The translations under genes were made by a program, and so were the position numbers. Shown here piece after piece: positions 47,445-55,336 of a stretch of 64,000 bases of DNA; position 1 is the stretch's first letter; every line of letters starts with the position of its first letter. The notes beneath the pieces were generated by a model. That model saw nothing but the letters and a program-made list of their open reading frames with translations, did no database searches and was not told the origin of the DNA. Source of the DNA: a virus. The stretch lies in IMG/VR virus record IMGVR_UViG_3300009068_000023, one strand, 5' to 3'.

Positions 47445-47702
47445 ATGTCGGAGAAGGTAATTGTAAGCACATTCGAAGGCGCGCATAGTACTCGTACCGT
47501 ATATGAAGACGGTACTATTGAATTTATTACACACTATGATAAGCTTCTTAACGAAATTACTGAGCTAGGAGCACCTGTATTTTTGAATCCTGACGATAGC
47601 ATGCCTGAGCAAGTTGCATCAGAACCAGGAAGCGATAAGGTTGCAGAAGTAGTAGTTGAAAAGCCAAAGCTTCGTCGCGGTCGTAAGAAGAAAGAAGTTT
47701 AA
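47445..47702 (+). CDS. Hypothetical protein (85 aa) with a basic C-terminal tail
   Basis: AGGAG RBS and ATG 47445. Confidence 0.65.
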   Translation: MSEKVIVSTFEGAHSTRTVYEDGTIEFITHYDKLLNEITELGAPVFLNPDDSMPEQVASEPGSDKVAEVVVEKPKLRRGRKKKEV

Positions 47703-47706
47703 TATA

Positions 47707-47780
47707 GCCTCCATAGTTAAATGGTATAACACTTGATTTGTAATCATGGATTCTTGGTTCGATTCCGGGTGGGGGCACCA
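47707..47780 (+). tRNA. tRNA-Thr(UGU)
   Basis: TT-TGT-AA loop; ACCA end. Confidence 0.9.
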
Positions 47781-47784
47781 GTTT

Positions 47785-47860
47785 CTCTCTATGGCGTAAT
47801 CAGGTAGCGTACTGCGTTTGGGGCGCAGTGGTTTTGGTTCAAATCCAAATAGAGAGACCA
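47785..47860 (+). tRNA. tRNA-Pro(UGG)
   Basis: CTGCG-TTTGGGG-CGCAG; ACCA end. Confidence 0.92.
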
Positions 47861-47864
47861 AAAT

Positions 47865-47940
47865 AGGAGGTTAGCTCAGTTGGTAGAGCGTCACGCTTAC
47901 ACCGTGAATGTGATCGGTTCGAACCCGGTACCTCCTACCA
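47865..47940 (+). tRNA. tRNA-Val(UAC)
   Basis: TCACG-CTTACAC-CGTGA; ACCA end. Confidence 0.93.
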
Positions 47941-48375
47941 AACCCCCGTGTCTCCTTGGGTTTAGGAGAGGTGTGAGTTTGTGTTATGCCACAGCACTAT
48001 TGGCCAAATAGTGTCCAGAACTCTCAGGTGCCTAGTTCCACCATATGACTAGCGATTCTTAAAGATCGAATACTTTAAGCGTTCTCGTCGAAGCGTTATT
48101 AGACGTGGTCGGAGTAACCTCCCGGTCAAGTGGTTCCCTGGTAAGGAATGGCTTGGCACCTATAACAGTCCTTCTGATGAGTCTTTAGGAGACGATAACA
48201 GTAGTGCGTACAGCGAAATGGCGAGCCCTTCTTATAGGCCGTACCCAGAGTAGTCGTTACTGTCAAGGACCCGCCCCATACCTTTCGGTGTATTGGGTGC
48301 GAAGCGGAAGCTAGGGATGAAACGGTATACAATAGCGGTCTAGAACGCAACCTGTAACCTTAGTAGCGCAACCGA
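47941..48375 (+). ncRNA. Unassigned large structured non-coding RNA
   Basis: GC-elevated segment with no credible ORF and many helices, e.g. 47951-47969, 47994-48014, 48026-48032/48155-48161, 48058-48079. Boundaries approximate. Confidence 0.7.
48168..48270 (+). ncRNA. Type I hammerhead ribozyme (variant core), predicted cleavage after C48264
   Basis: Stem I GTCCTT/AAGGAC, CTGATGA, stem II GTCT/AGAC, GA(T)AA, stem III ACAGTAGTG/CGTTACTGT, GTC triplet. Confidence 0.8.
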
Positions 48376-48396
48376 ACTATCTATAAGGAGATCAAT

Positions 48397-48555
48397 ATGA
48401 GCGATGGCGGAAAAGGATCAAAACAAAGACCATTAGGTATTGATCTTATCACATTCGAAAACAACTGGGATAAAATTTTTGGTAATAAAGAACCAGAACA
48501 GGTTCTTACCCCAGAAGAAAAACTCAAAGAAGAAAAGCTTAAGCAGGACGATTAG
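48397..48555 (+). CDS. Small phage protein (MSDGGKGS..RP...FENNWDKIFG)
   Basis: AAGGAG RBS; 52 aa, below the ORF-track cutoff. Confidence 0.7.
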   Translation: MSDGGKGSKQRPLGIDLITFENNWDKIFGNKEPEQVLTPEEKLKEEKLKQDD

Positions 48556-48558
48556 TTG

Positions 48559-48587
48559 TTGCCCTTCATTCATAAGTAGACTATAAT
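48559..48587 (+). promoter_or_regulatory. Sigma70-type promoter
   Basis: TTGCCC-N17-TATAAT upstream of tRNA-Arg. Confidence 0.7.
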
Positions 48588-48594
48588 GAATCAT

Positions 48595-48671
<77 letters not shown>

Positions 48672-48676
48672 AAAAC

Positions 48677-48764
48677 GCCCGGGTGGTGAAATAGGTAGAC
48701 ACAGCAGACTTAAAATCTGCCGCTTTAAAACGGCGTACCGGTTCGATTCCGGTCCCGGGCACCA
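48677..48764 (+). tRNA. tRNA-Leu(UAA)
   Basis: GCAGA-CTTAAAA-TCTGC; long variable arm; ACCA end. Confidence 0.94.
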
Positions 48765-48777
48765 ACAAGGAGCAAGC

Positions 48778-49248
48778 ATGCTAAAAATAGATATTAATGA
48801 AGTAAAAGAGTTTATCGAAGCACAAGGCCCTAGCACAAAAATTTATATTGGTGGCGACTCTGAAAGATTCATTAATAACAATATTTGGTATGCTGATTAC
48901 ACACTCGCAATTGTAGTACACATCGACGGAAGACATGGTTGCAAGCTCTTTGGCGAGGTTCAAAGAGAACGCGATTATGATCAAAGCAAGAACCGCCCAA
49001 GAATGCGGCTAATGAATGAAGTATATAAAGTTGCAGAGCTGTATTTGAAACTACAAGAAGTTCTAGAAGACAGAGATGTTGAAGTTCATCTTGATATTAA
49101 TCCAAGCGATCTTCACGGTTCGAGTTGTATTATTAATGAAGCAGTAGGCTATATTAAGGGTATGTGTAACGTTACACCCCTTATTAAGCCTCAAGCGTTT
49201 GCAGCGAGCTATGCTGCAGATAGAATTAAAGAAGTGTTAGCTGCATAG
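48778..49248 (+). CDS. RNase H-like YkuK (DUF458) family protein
   Basis: IYIGGDS, NEV, VEVHLDI, KP.AFAASYAAD. Confidence 0.8.
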   Translation: MLKIDINEVKEFIEAQGPSTKIYIGGDSERFINNNIWYADYTLAIVVHIDGRHGCKLFGEVQRERDYDQSKNRPRMRLMNEVYKVAELYLKLQEVLEDRDVEVHLDINPSDLHGSSCIINEAVGYIKGMCNVTPLIKPQAFAASYAADRIKEVLAA

Positions 49249-49321
49249 CGGGATTCGTAAAATGGTATTACCCTAGCCTTCCAAGCTAGAGTCGCGGGTT
49301 CGATTCCCGCATCCCGCTCCA
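49248..49321 (+). tRNA. tRNA-Gly(UCC)
   Basis: CTAGC-CTTCCAA-GCTAG; TCCA end. Confidence 0.94.
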
Positions 49322-49337
49322 ATCTTAAGGATATATT

Positions 49338-49496
49338 ATGTCTAAATTTACTTTTGCTCATACTCTTGACGATCTCAAGATCACTCATGAGTTTGAAGAG
49401 ATTCAACTTAATAATGTTATAGAAAATTTTGAATCTTTTCTTCGCGGATGTGGATTTGTTTTTGATGGAAATCTAGAAATAGTAGAGAAGGATTAA
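49338..49496 (+). CDS. Small hypothetical protein (52 aa)
   Basis: AAGGA RBS; THEF...FESFLRGCGF motif. Confidence 0.6.
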   Translation: MSKFTFAHTLDDLKITHEFEEIQLNNVIENFESFLRGCGFVFDGNLEIVEKD

Positions 49497-49972
49497 GGAT
49501 TACATCCTGCAGATATGTAACTTAGTTGTTGCATCATGCGATAGGGGAAACCTTTCCCTCTTCTCATCAACCATTGATTCTGAACACTGTAAGCAACAAA
49601 CTCAATCCTGGCGTTCTCCTCGCAGGTTCCCTTAGCTGTAGGGTCAATTACCTTGCTAAGGTATTGTAAATGGTGAACAAACTCATGCACGTAGTAACTT
49701 GCATCTGTATCGTTCTGAGGATCCCAGGTACTTCTTAGGTAGATGGTTCCTCCATCGTATAGCCCTACTACAAAAGAATCGTTAGGGCATTGCTTACCGC
49801 AAACCTTTATAGTAAGTTCCTTAGGTGAGAGATATACTATTGGTGGTATGGTATAATGCAAGTCTGGCGCGTAGATGCTAGCTGCTTCTTGCGATAGGAT
49901 TTTAATATCATCCATCTTATCAGCAAAAGCTGAAGAGCAGAAGAGAGCCAGCAATAAAATTGCTTTTTTCAT
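49493..49972 (-). CDS. Exported HEXXH protein
   Basis: Signal peptide MKKAILLLALFCSSAFA; VHEFVHHLQ...EFVAY; paired cysteines. Confidence 0.7.
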   Translation of the reverse strand: MKKAILLLALFCSSAFADKMDDIKILSQEAASIYAPDLHYTIPPIVYLSPKELTIKVCGKQCPNDSFVVGLYDGGTIYLRSTWDPQNDTDASYYVHEFVHHLQYLSKVIDPTAKGTCEENARIEFVAYSVQNQWLMRRGKGFPYRMMQQLSYISAGCNP

Positions 49973-50030
49973 GGCATTTAATTTAGTTAATGGGTATAAT
50001 ACTTAGGTAATTTAAATTTTAAAGTCAACT

Positions 50031-50474
50031 ATGAAAACTTGGACATTAGATGTTAAATTGGGTGTTGATGGTGAGCATTACATTCATCTTAACGATGAAA
50101 TACTAGAAGCTACTGGCCTTAAAATTGGTGACTCTATAAAATGGGTAGACAATAGCGACGGTTCATGGAGTATGAAGAAAATGGATGATAGCCTTAAGTA
50201 CTATGTTGTAGATATTCTTAGCACATTCCGTAATCGATATGTCATCAAAGCTAAGTCTCTTGTAGATGCAATGGATGAAGTTGTGTTTAATGAGCACGAC
50301 CCGGGCTTTAAAGAGTTCTCTCAAAAGCATCTAGGAACTCAGATTTTTGACGGCCGGGAGATTTCATATTCCGATATTATACAACTTCAATATTCAGATA
50401 ATGATTATCTAAGCTCGTGGACGGAATCAGAAGTAATCGAACGTCTTACTAATACTATTGACTATAAGGATTGA
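50031..50474 (+). CDS. AbrB-like N-terminal domain protein
   Basis: YIHLNDEILEATGLKIGDSIKWVDNSDGSW swapped-hairpin pattern. Confidence 0.55.
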   Translation: MKTWTLDVKLGVDGEHYIHLNDEILEATGLKIGDSIKWVDNSDGSWSMKKMDDSLKYYVVDILSTFRNRYVIKAKSLVDAMDEVVFNEHDPGFKEFSQKHLGTQIFDGREISYSDIIQLQYSDNDYLSSWTESEVIERLTNTIDYKD

Positions 50475-50475
50475 T

Positions 50476-50661
50476 ATGTTTCGTAGCCAGGCTCAGCTTA
50501 AACTAATGCGTGAGCAAAAAGAAAGTATCATGAGCGGATTCTTTTATAATCTTGTAGAAAACACGCAATTTGCTCTTGAAGATATCAAAGATATGTTTCT
50601 TGAAGAGTATCCAGATGAGCAGTATTTTCTTAATGAGCTAGTATCGGAGCTTGACAATTGA
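50476..50661 (+). CDS. Hypothetical protein
   Basis: AAGGA RBS, ATG 50476. Confidence 0.5.
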   Translation: MFRSQAQLKLMREQKESIMSGFFYNLVENTQFALEDIKDMFLEEYPDEQYFLNELVSELDN

Positions 50662-50828
50662 TTATTAAGGTAAGCAATTCAGGGCGTAAGCCTAGTAAGA
50701 AGCAGAAAGAAAAGCAGAAGGCAGCCTGGGCCGAACATTGTAAAAAATATGGACTAGACCAGGGCAAAGAGAATAAGAAAGATGTTCGATATAGAATTAA
50801 CAAGTTTGGCGAATTCGAAAGAGTCTAA
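50658..50828 (+). CDS. Small basic hypothetical protein (56 aa)
   Basis: TTG start after GGAG; fills the gap before dCMP deaminase. Confidence 0.45.
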   Translation: MIIKVSNSGRKPSKKQKEKQKAAWAEHCKKYGLDQGKENKKDVRYRINKFGEFERV

Positions 50829-51252
50829 ATGGGATCTAAGGTTTTTAAACTTAGCTTCTCATATCAGCACATGGTCAAAAGATCCTAGCACGAAAGTTGG
50901 TTCAGTAATAGTTAATGAAAAAAATCATATATTATCTGTTGGGTATAACGGTTTTCCTAGTGGTGTTGAAGATAATGATAGCCGCTACCTTGATAGAGAT
51001 ACTAAACTTAAATTCGTGTGTCATGCTGAAAGAAACGCCCTTGACAATGCCCATTCCGATGTTTCAGACTGCACTCTCTATGCAACGTTGATGCCATGCA
51101 ACGAATGTGCTAAATCTATTATACAGCGCGGAATTAAACGCGTTGTATGTTATGTACCGGAATCATTTGACGGTACTCGTTTTAATTGGGAAGTAACTAC
51201 ATCTATGTTTGAAGAAGCGGGAATTCAGCTAGATATACTGACCCCCGTATAA
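50782..51252 (+). CDS. cd: dCMP deaminase
   Basis: SKDPSTKVG, GYNG, HAE, PCNECAK. Confidence 0.92.
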   Translation: MFDIELTSLANSKESKWDLRFLNLASHISTWSKDPSTKVGSVIVNEKNHILSVGYNGFPSGVEDNDSRYLDRDTKLKFVCHAERNALDNAHSDVSDCTLYATLMPCNECAKSIIQRGIKRVVCYVPESFDGTRFNWEVTTSMFEEAGIQLDILTPV

Positions 51253-51311
51253 ATAACATTGCAGCGCCTTCGGGGCTGTAATTTAATCTTGCTTAATTTA
51301 AGGAGAAATAT
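51248..51311 (+). promoter_or_regulatory. Late promoter plus a ROSE-like two-hairpin leader of hsp20
   Basis: TATAAATA 51248-51255; UUCG hairpin 51258-51282; UUGCU paired opposite AAGGAG 51287-51306. Confidence 0.65.
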
Positions 51312-51806
51312 ATGACTTCATTTCCAACTATGGTTCTGGGCAACCAATTTAAGGATCTTGACAAGTTTTTTGTTGGATTCGACGAAACGTTCAACCGTCT
51401 GGCAAAGTTCCATGACGATGTTGCTAAGAACATTCCAAACTATCCTCCATACAATATCAAGAAGGTAGACGATAACAAGTACGTTATTGAGCTGGCCGTT
51501 GCTGGTTTCTCAAAGAACGAACTAGAACTAGAACTTGCTGATGGTGTTCTTTCAGTTAAGGGTTCAACTTCTATCGACTCGCTTGTTAATGATGGAGTAG
51601 ACCAGACATACCTATACAAGGGTATCTCTGACCGCGCTTTCGCACGCAAGTTTACTCTTGCCGATACAGTAGAAATCAAGAACGCCGAATACATTAACGG
51701 CCTTCTAAAGGTTTTCCTAGAGCGTATCATTCCAGAGCACAAGAAGCCAAAGAAGATTGAAATCTCTGATTCCTCATCAGATAAGCAACTTCTAGTTGAA
51801 GACTAA
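51312..51806 (+). CDS. hsp20: Small heat shock protein (IbpA-like)
   Basis: NYPPYNI...IELAVAGF...YLYKGISDRAF...NGLL...PEHKKPKKIEI. Confidence 0.95.
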   Translation: MTSFPTMVLGNQFKDLDKFFVGFDETFNRLAKFHDDVAKNIPNYPPYNIKKVDDNKYVIELAVAGFSKNELELELADGVLSVKGSTSIDSLVNDGVDQTYLYKGISDRAFARKFTLADTVEIKNAEYINGLLKVFLERIIPEHKKPKKIEISDSSSDKQLLVED

Positions 51807-51828
51807 AGTTTTTATTTTAATAAAAACC

Positions 51829-51857
51829 AAGAAAGGGGGCTTTCCCCCTTTCTTTTA
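51829..51857 (+). terminator. Rho-independent terminator
   Basis: AAGAAAGGGGG-CTTT-CCCCCTTTCTT plus TT. Confidence 0.85.
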
Positions 51858-51883
51858 TTACTGAATTAGGATATAATAAACCT

Positions 51884-52171
51884 ATGAATGATATTTTAAT
51901 TGATATATGGAAATGGATTAAAGATGATTATAGGTCTAATAATCTTAGGTTTATTGTTGAGCTTGTCGCTTGGGCTATTAGTATTGGGTGTTCAATTGCA
52001 ATGGCGGCTACCGTACCTAATCCTCCCCTCATGGCTCTTTATCCTATTTGGATTACTGGTTGCTGCCTCTACGCATGGGCTGCATTTACTCGTAAATCTT
52101 TTGGCATGATTCTTAATTACATGCTCTTGATTACTATCGACAGTATTGGTTTGATTAGACTCTATCTATGA
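51884..52171 (+). CDS. Small 3-TM membrane protein
   Basis: Three hydrophobic segments. Confidence 0.6.
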   Translation: MNDILIDIWKWIKDDYRSNNLRFIVELVAWAISIGCSIAMAATVPNPPLMALYPIWITGCCLYAWAAFTRKSFGMILNYMLLITIDSIGLIRLYL

Positions 52172-52392
52172 TTAATATAAAGCCGCTTAAGGTAGTTGAG
52201 TGGGCTGCTGTAGTCTGTGTTGTTGCTGCAGCTGCTCTTACATCATTCGACATTACTCCAATCAATAAGATCCTATTCTTTTTAGGTAACACGTTATGGA
52301 TGGTTGTTGCCTACTATTGGAGGCAATGGAGTTTATTTGTTGTTAATGCTATAATGAACGTATTCTATCTCTACGGTATTATTACCGGGTAG
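52168..52392 (+). CDS. Small 3-TM membrane protein
   Basis: Three hydrophobic segments; W..SL...N pattern. Confidence 0.6.
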   Translation: MINIKPLKVVEWAAVVCVVAAAALTSFDITPINKILFFLGNTLWMVVAYYWRQWSLFVVNAIMNVFYLYGIITG

Positions 52393-52416
52393 AATTTATT
52401 TTATAAAGGAAATCAT

Positions 52417-52731
52417 ATGTCACATGTTAAAGTTTATCGGATGATGAATGGTGAAGAATTCATCGGTGAGTTTGTAGAGTTTTTTGAGTCGCGTTTCAAG
52501 CTTCGTAATGTAGGTGTAATTCAGCTAGTTCCTAATGCAAAGGGCACTGTCTCGGTTGCATTAGTACCATTCGCACCCTATGGAACTAACACCGAATTTG
52601 AATTCGAACGCGGTCACGTCACCACTTCTTTTGATCCTAATACAGATCTTCTTAATAGCTATAACAAGATCTTTGGTTCAGGTATTGAAATTGTTCCTGC
52701 AGGCGGCATTGACCTTTCATCGGGTAGCTAA
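52417..52731 (+). CDS. Conserved T4-like Sm-like hypothetical protein
   Basis: RMMNGEEFIG...YNKIFGSGI; usual neighbour of gp43. Confidence 0.65.
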   Translation: MSHVKVYRMMNGEEFIGEFVEFFESRFKLRNVGVIQLVPNAKGTVSVALVPFAPYGTNTEFEFERGHVTTSFDPNTDLLNSYNKIFGSGIEIVPAGGIDLSSGS

Positions 52732-52737
52732 TATAAT
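52709..52737 (+). promoter_or_regulatory. Sigma70-type promoter for gp43
   Basis: TTGACC-N17-TATAAT. Confidence 0.75.
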
Positions 52738-52765
52738 AGACAATTCGGCCTTGAAAGTGAATTAG

Positions 52766-55303
52766 ATGAGATTTTATACGAATGTCCATCTCTATAAGAA
52801 TGAATTTCTAATCCGAGGCTACGAGGGCGACGAGAAAGTACAATATACCGTACCTTGTCGCCCTTACCTATTTGTAACTGATCGCGTTAGTCTTGAAGAG
52901 TATAAAACTCTCTATGGTAAGACTGTTTACCGTAAAGAGTTTGATAGTACTTACGATGCACGTGCCTATATCAGCGGCATGAGTGACATTTCCGGTAAAG
53001 AAACTTACGGAATGACTAACTGGGTGTATCCGTTTATCAACGATCACTATCAAGGGGAAGTTAAATATGACCCGAAGAAAGTCTCAGTTGTCACAATCGA
53101 TATCGAAATCAAGGCGGAGGGCGGCTTTCCAGACATCTCAGTTGCAGATAGACAAGTCACCGCTATCACCCTCACAAAAAACGGCAAATCAATCGTCTTC
53201 GGATACTACGATTATAAGCCCTCATCAGAAAACATAACCTACGTCAAGTGTAGAGATGAGAATGATCTGCTTAATAAGTTTATCCTAGCATGGCGCTCGA
53301 AGCAGTTCTTGCCTGACATTATCACCGGCTGGAACGTTGAGTTCTTCGATATGCCCTATATGATTAATCGTATTACGCGTATCCTTGGCCCTGAGTCTGC
53401 TAAGCGTCTATCACCGTGGGGAATTCTCTCCGAACGGCAGATTGAAATCGCTGGTCGTGAATATACTATTCCTATCATCGTAGGTATTAGTATTCTAGAT
53501 TACATGCAGCTGTATAAGAAGTTTTCATTCTCACAGCAAGAAAGCTATAAACTAGATCATATTGCGTTTACTGAACTAGGCGAACGTAAGTTAGATTATA
53601 ACGCGCTTGGCTTTGAAACCCTCGATGAGTTCTATGAAAAAGACTTTCAGAACTATATCGAGTATAACATTCGAGATGTTGCGCTGGTCGATCGACTAGA
53701 AGATAAGCTTAAGTTTATTGAGCAGGTACTGGCAATTGCCTATGACGCCAAGGTCAACTATCTAGATACGTTTACGTCTGTGCGCATGTGGGATATTATT
53801 ATCCATAATTACCTAATGGAACAGAATATAGTTGTTCCGATGTTTGATGTTGCGCAACGCAAAGAAAAAGATCGACAGATCGTAGGTGCTTATGTAAAAG
53901 ATCCTCAGCTAGGTATGCATAACTGGGTTGTGTCGTTCGACTTGAATAGTCTGTACCCGCACCTTATCATGCAATACAATATTAGTCCTGAGACTTACAA
54001 AGGAACGTTTGGAGGTCTTTCGGACGATAGCGGAGTAGATAGAATCCTTAATGGTGCGTTAAACGACCTAAGCATAAGGAATGAGATTACCTCTCAGAAC
54101 TATACTGTAGCTGCGTCTGGTTGTTACTTTGATCGAGATCGTCAAGGGTTCCTGCCTAAGCTGATGGAGCAGATGTATAACGATCGGGTTAAGTATAAGA
54201 ACCAGATGATTGCTGCTAAGAAGCAGTACGAAAAGGAAAAGACTTACGAGTATGAGAAGGAAATTGCACGCTGTCATAACATGCAGCTTGCTAAGAAGAT
54301 TCAGCTAAACTCAGCTTATGGCGCTCTTGCGAATATGTTCTTCCGCTGGTTTGACCCTAAGTATGCCGAATCAATTACTAAGTCGGGTCAGCTTTCTATC
54401 CGCTGGATGGAAAAGAAGATGAACGAGTATCTTAACAAGACTCTTAAGACTGACAATGTCGATTATGTGCTTGCCGTTGATACCGATTCAATGTATATTA
54501 CACTGGATGAGTTAGTCAAGCAGACAGCAGCAGAACTTCCGACCGAGAAGGTAGTTAAGTACTTAGATAAGTTCTGTGATAAAGTACTTGAGCCGTATAT
54601 TGATAAGTGCTATGAAGAGCTGTCAATCTATGTGAATGCTTATGAGCAGAAGATGAAGATGAAGCGAGAAGTTATTGCTGATAAAGGCATCTTTACTGCT
54701 AAGAAGCGATATATTCTTAACGTGCATAACTCTGAAGGCGTTCAGTATGCCGAGCCCAAGCTTAAGATGATGGGCATCGAGGCTGTTCGTTCATCTACTC
54801 CTGCACCGGTTCGTAAGATGATTAAAGAGAGTATGACTATTATCATGACCAAGACTGAAGATGATATGATTTCATACATTGAGAAGAGTAGAGATGAGTT
54901 TAAGAGTCTACCGTTCGAACAAATTGCATTCCCGCGTGGTGTTACTGAACTCGATAAGTGGTCTGATAGTAGTGGCGGTAAGGTGTTCAAGTTAGGTACA
55001 CCTATTCACGTTAAAGGTGCTCTGCTATACAATCACGCAATCAAGCAGCGTAAGCTCGATAAGAAATATGATACTGTAAAGAAGGGAGAGAAGATTAAGT
55101 TCTGCTATCTTAAGACTCCTAACTACCTTGGCGAGCATGTTATATCGACGCCCGGAAAACTTCCTAAAGAGCTAGATCTAGAACATATGATCGACTATGA
55201 TGTGCAGTTTCAGAAGGCGTTTATTGAGCCTATCAAAGGTATTCTGGATACTATAGGATGGGAAACTGAGAAGAGAAATACTTTGGAAGAGTTCTTTATA
55301 TAA
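52766..55303 (+). CDS. gp43: Family B DNA polymerase
   Basis: DIE exonuclease motif, SFDLNSLYP, KIQLNSAYG, DTDS, KKRY. Confidence 0.97.
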   Translation: MRFYTNVHLYKNEFLIRGYEGDEKVQYTVPCRPYLFVTDRVSLEEYKTLYGKTVYRKEFDSTYDARAYISGMSDISGKETYGMTNWVYPFINDHYQGEVKYDPKKVSVVTIDIEIKAEGGFPDISVADRQVTAITLTKNGKSIVFGYYDYKPSSENITYVKCRDENDLLNKFILAWRSKQFLPDIITGWNVEFFDMPYMINRITRILGPESAKRLSPWGILSERQIEIAGREYTIPIIVGISILDYMQLYKKFSFSQQESYKLDHIAFTELGERKLDYNALGFETLDEFYEKDFQNYIEYNIRDVALVDRLEDKLKFIEQVLAIAYDAKVNYLDTFTSVRMWDIIIHNYLMEQNIVVPMFDVAQRKEKDRQIVGAYVKDPQLGMHNWVVSFDLNSLYPHLIMQYNISPETYKGTFGGLSDDSGVDRILNGALNDLSIRNEITSQNYTVAASGCYFDRDRQGFLPKLMEQMYNDRVKYKNQMIAAKKQYEKEKTYEYEKEIARCHNMQLAKKIQLNSAYGALANMFFRWFDPKYAESITKSGQLSIRWMEKKMNEYLNKTLKTDNVDYVLAVDTDSMYITLDELVKQTAAELPTEKVVKYLDKFCDKVLEPYIDKCYEELSIYVNAYEQKMKMKREVIADKGIFTAKKRYILNVHNSEGVQYAEPKLKMMGIEAVRSSTPAPVRKMIKESMTIIMTKTEDDMISYIEKSRDEFKSLPFEQIAFPRGVTELDKWSDSSGGKVFKLGTPIHVKGALLYNHAIKQRKLDKKYDTVKKGEKIKFCYLKTPNYLGEHVISTPGKLPKELDLEHMIDYDVQFQKAFIEPIKGILDTIGWETEKRNTLEEFFI

Positions 55304-55306
55304 ATA
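55299..55306 (+). promoter_or_regulatory. T4-type late promoter
   Basis: TATAAATA overlapping the gp43 stop, upstream of 55337. Confidence 0.75.
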
Positions 55307-55336
55307 TATTATAAAGTTTATTCATAGCGAGTAATT

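Noticed and set aside
48126-48350. 74-aa minus-strand ORF
   Set aside because: No RBS or recognisable motif; it lies antisense to the hammerhead-containing RNA.
47941-48375. tmRNA, RNase P RNA or self-splicing intron
   Set aside because: No tRNA-like ends or T-loop/CCA, no GAGGAAAGUCC-type P4 signature, and no interrupted host gene.
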